This document shows, piece after piece, positions 63,828-64,000 of a stretch of DNA of 64,000 bases. The notes beneath the pieces are model-generated. The model was given only the letters and a program-made list of their open reading frames with translations. It ran no database searches and was not told where the DNA came from. A program made the translations under genes and the position numbers. Source of the stretch: a virus (lineage: Duplodnaviria; Heunggongvirae; Uroviricota; Caudoviricetes). Position 1 is the first letter of the stretch. Each line of letters begins with the position of its first letter. Where the stretch lies: IMG/VR virus record IMGVR_UViG_3300028653_000011, one strand, 5' to 3'.

Positions 63828-64000
63828 TCACCAAGTGTCATTATCGGTCAGGTCGAGCGCTTCACCGCACGAGCACCTGACCTTGACGACGGTGCCCGTG
63901 ACGGCGGGGGTGAATTCCCAAGTGTAGGTGCCGACTGCACCAGTGTGATGCTTGTACGTGTCGTGTGCCTGCATCCAAGTGCGAACAAAGTGGTCATCGT
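63828..64000 (-). CDS. Partial hypothetical protein (5' end outside the window)
   Basis: Hand translation ...YTWEFTPAVTGTVVKVRCSCGEALDLTDNDTW-stop. Confidence 0.6.
   Translation of the reverse strand, partial: DDHFVRTWMQAHDTYKHHTGAVGTYTWEFTPAVTGTVVKVRCSCGEALDLTDNDTW

Larger units (their letters stand above)
1..64000. mobile_element. Segment of a large (jumbo-type) tailed bacteriophage genome
   Basis: Dense tRNA array mostly lacking CCA, gp6/gp25-like baseplate genes, gp55-like sigma factor, many short phage-type ORFs, no bacterial housekeeping operons. Confidence 0.93.

Overview
This window is best read as a fragment of a large (jumbo-type) tailed phage genome. The host is probably a myxobacterium, inferred only from Ser/Gly/DAG-rich, Cys-rich lipoproteins and high GC. 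(1) 1-11.6 kb, + strand: an array of 23 canonical-looking tRNA genes plus degenerate and miniature tRNA-like elements and structured spacers. It is interleaved with accessory genes: RelA/SpoT-type HD hydrolase, minimal nucleotidyltransferase, PTP-like phosphatase, GH73-like hydrolase, NADAR, OmpA, lipoprotein, degenerate Pth2 and a glycosyltransferase. (2) 11.6-32.5 kb, - strand: a virion module (fibre-like proteins, LamG-like protein, gp6-like and gp25-like baseplate wedge, spike-like protein) and a gp55-like late sigma factor. (3) 32.8-63.1 kb: a very large glycan-biosynthesis island with about 14 glycosyltransferase-like ORFs, nucleotide-sugar enzymes and tailoring enzymes. The island is interrupted at 35-39 kb by a translation-control cassette, which is the most novel candidate system. 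A leaderless uORF stops at UGA-A one frame short of an RARGPP arrest motif, and the RGPP codons base-pair with the Shine-Dalgarno of a downstream Pth2-like operon. That operon is followed by a tRNA with an 8-nt anticodon loop (UUCA) complementary to UGAA. All calls come from visual motif recognition and hand folding; no database searches were run.
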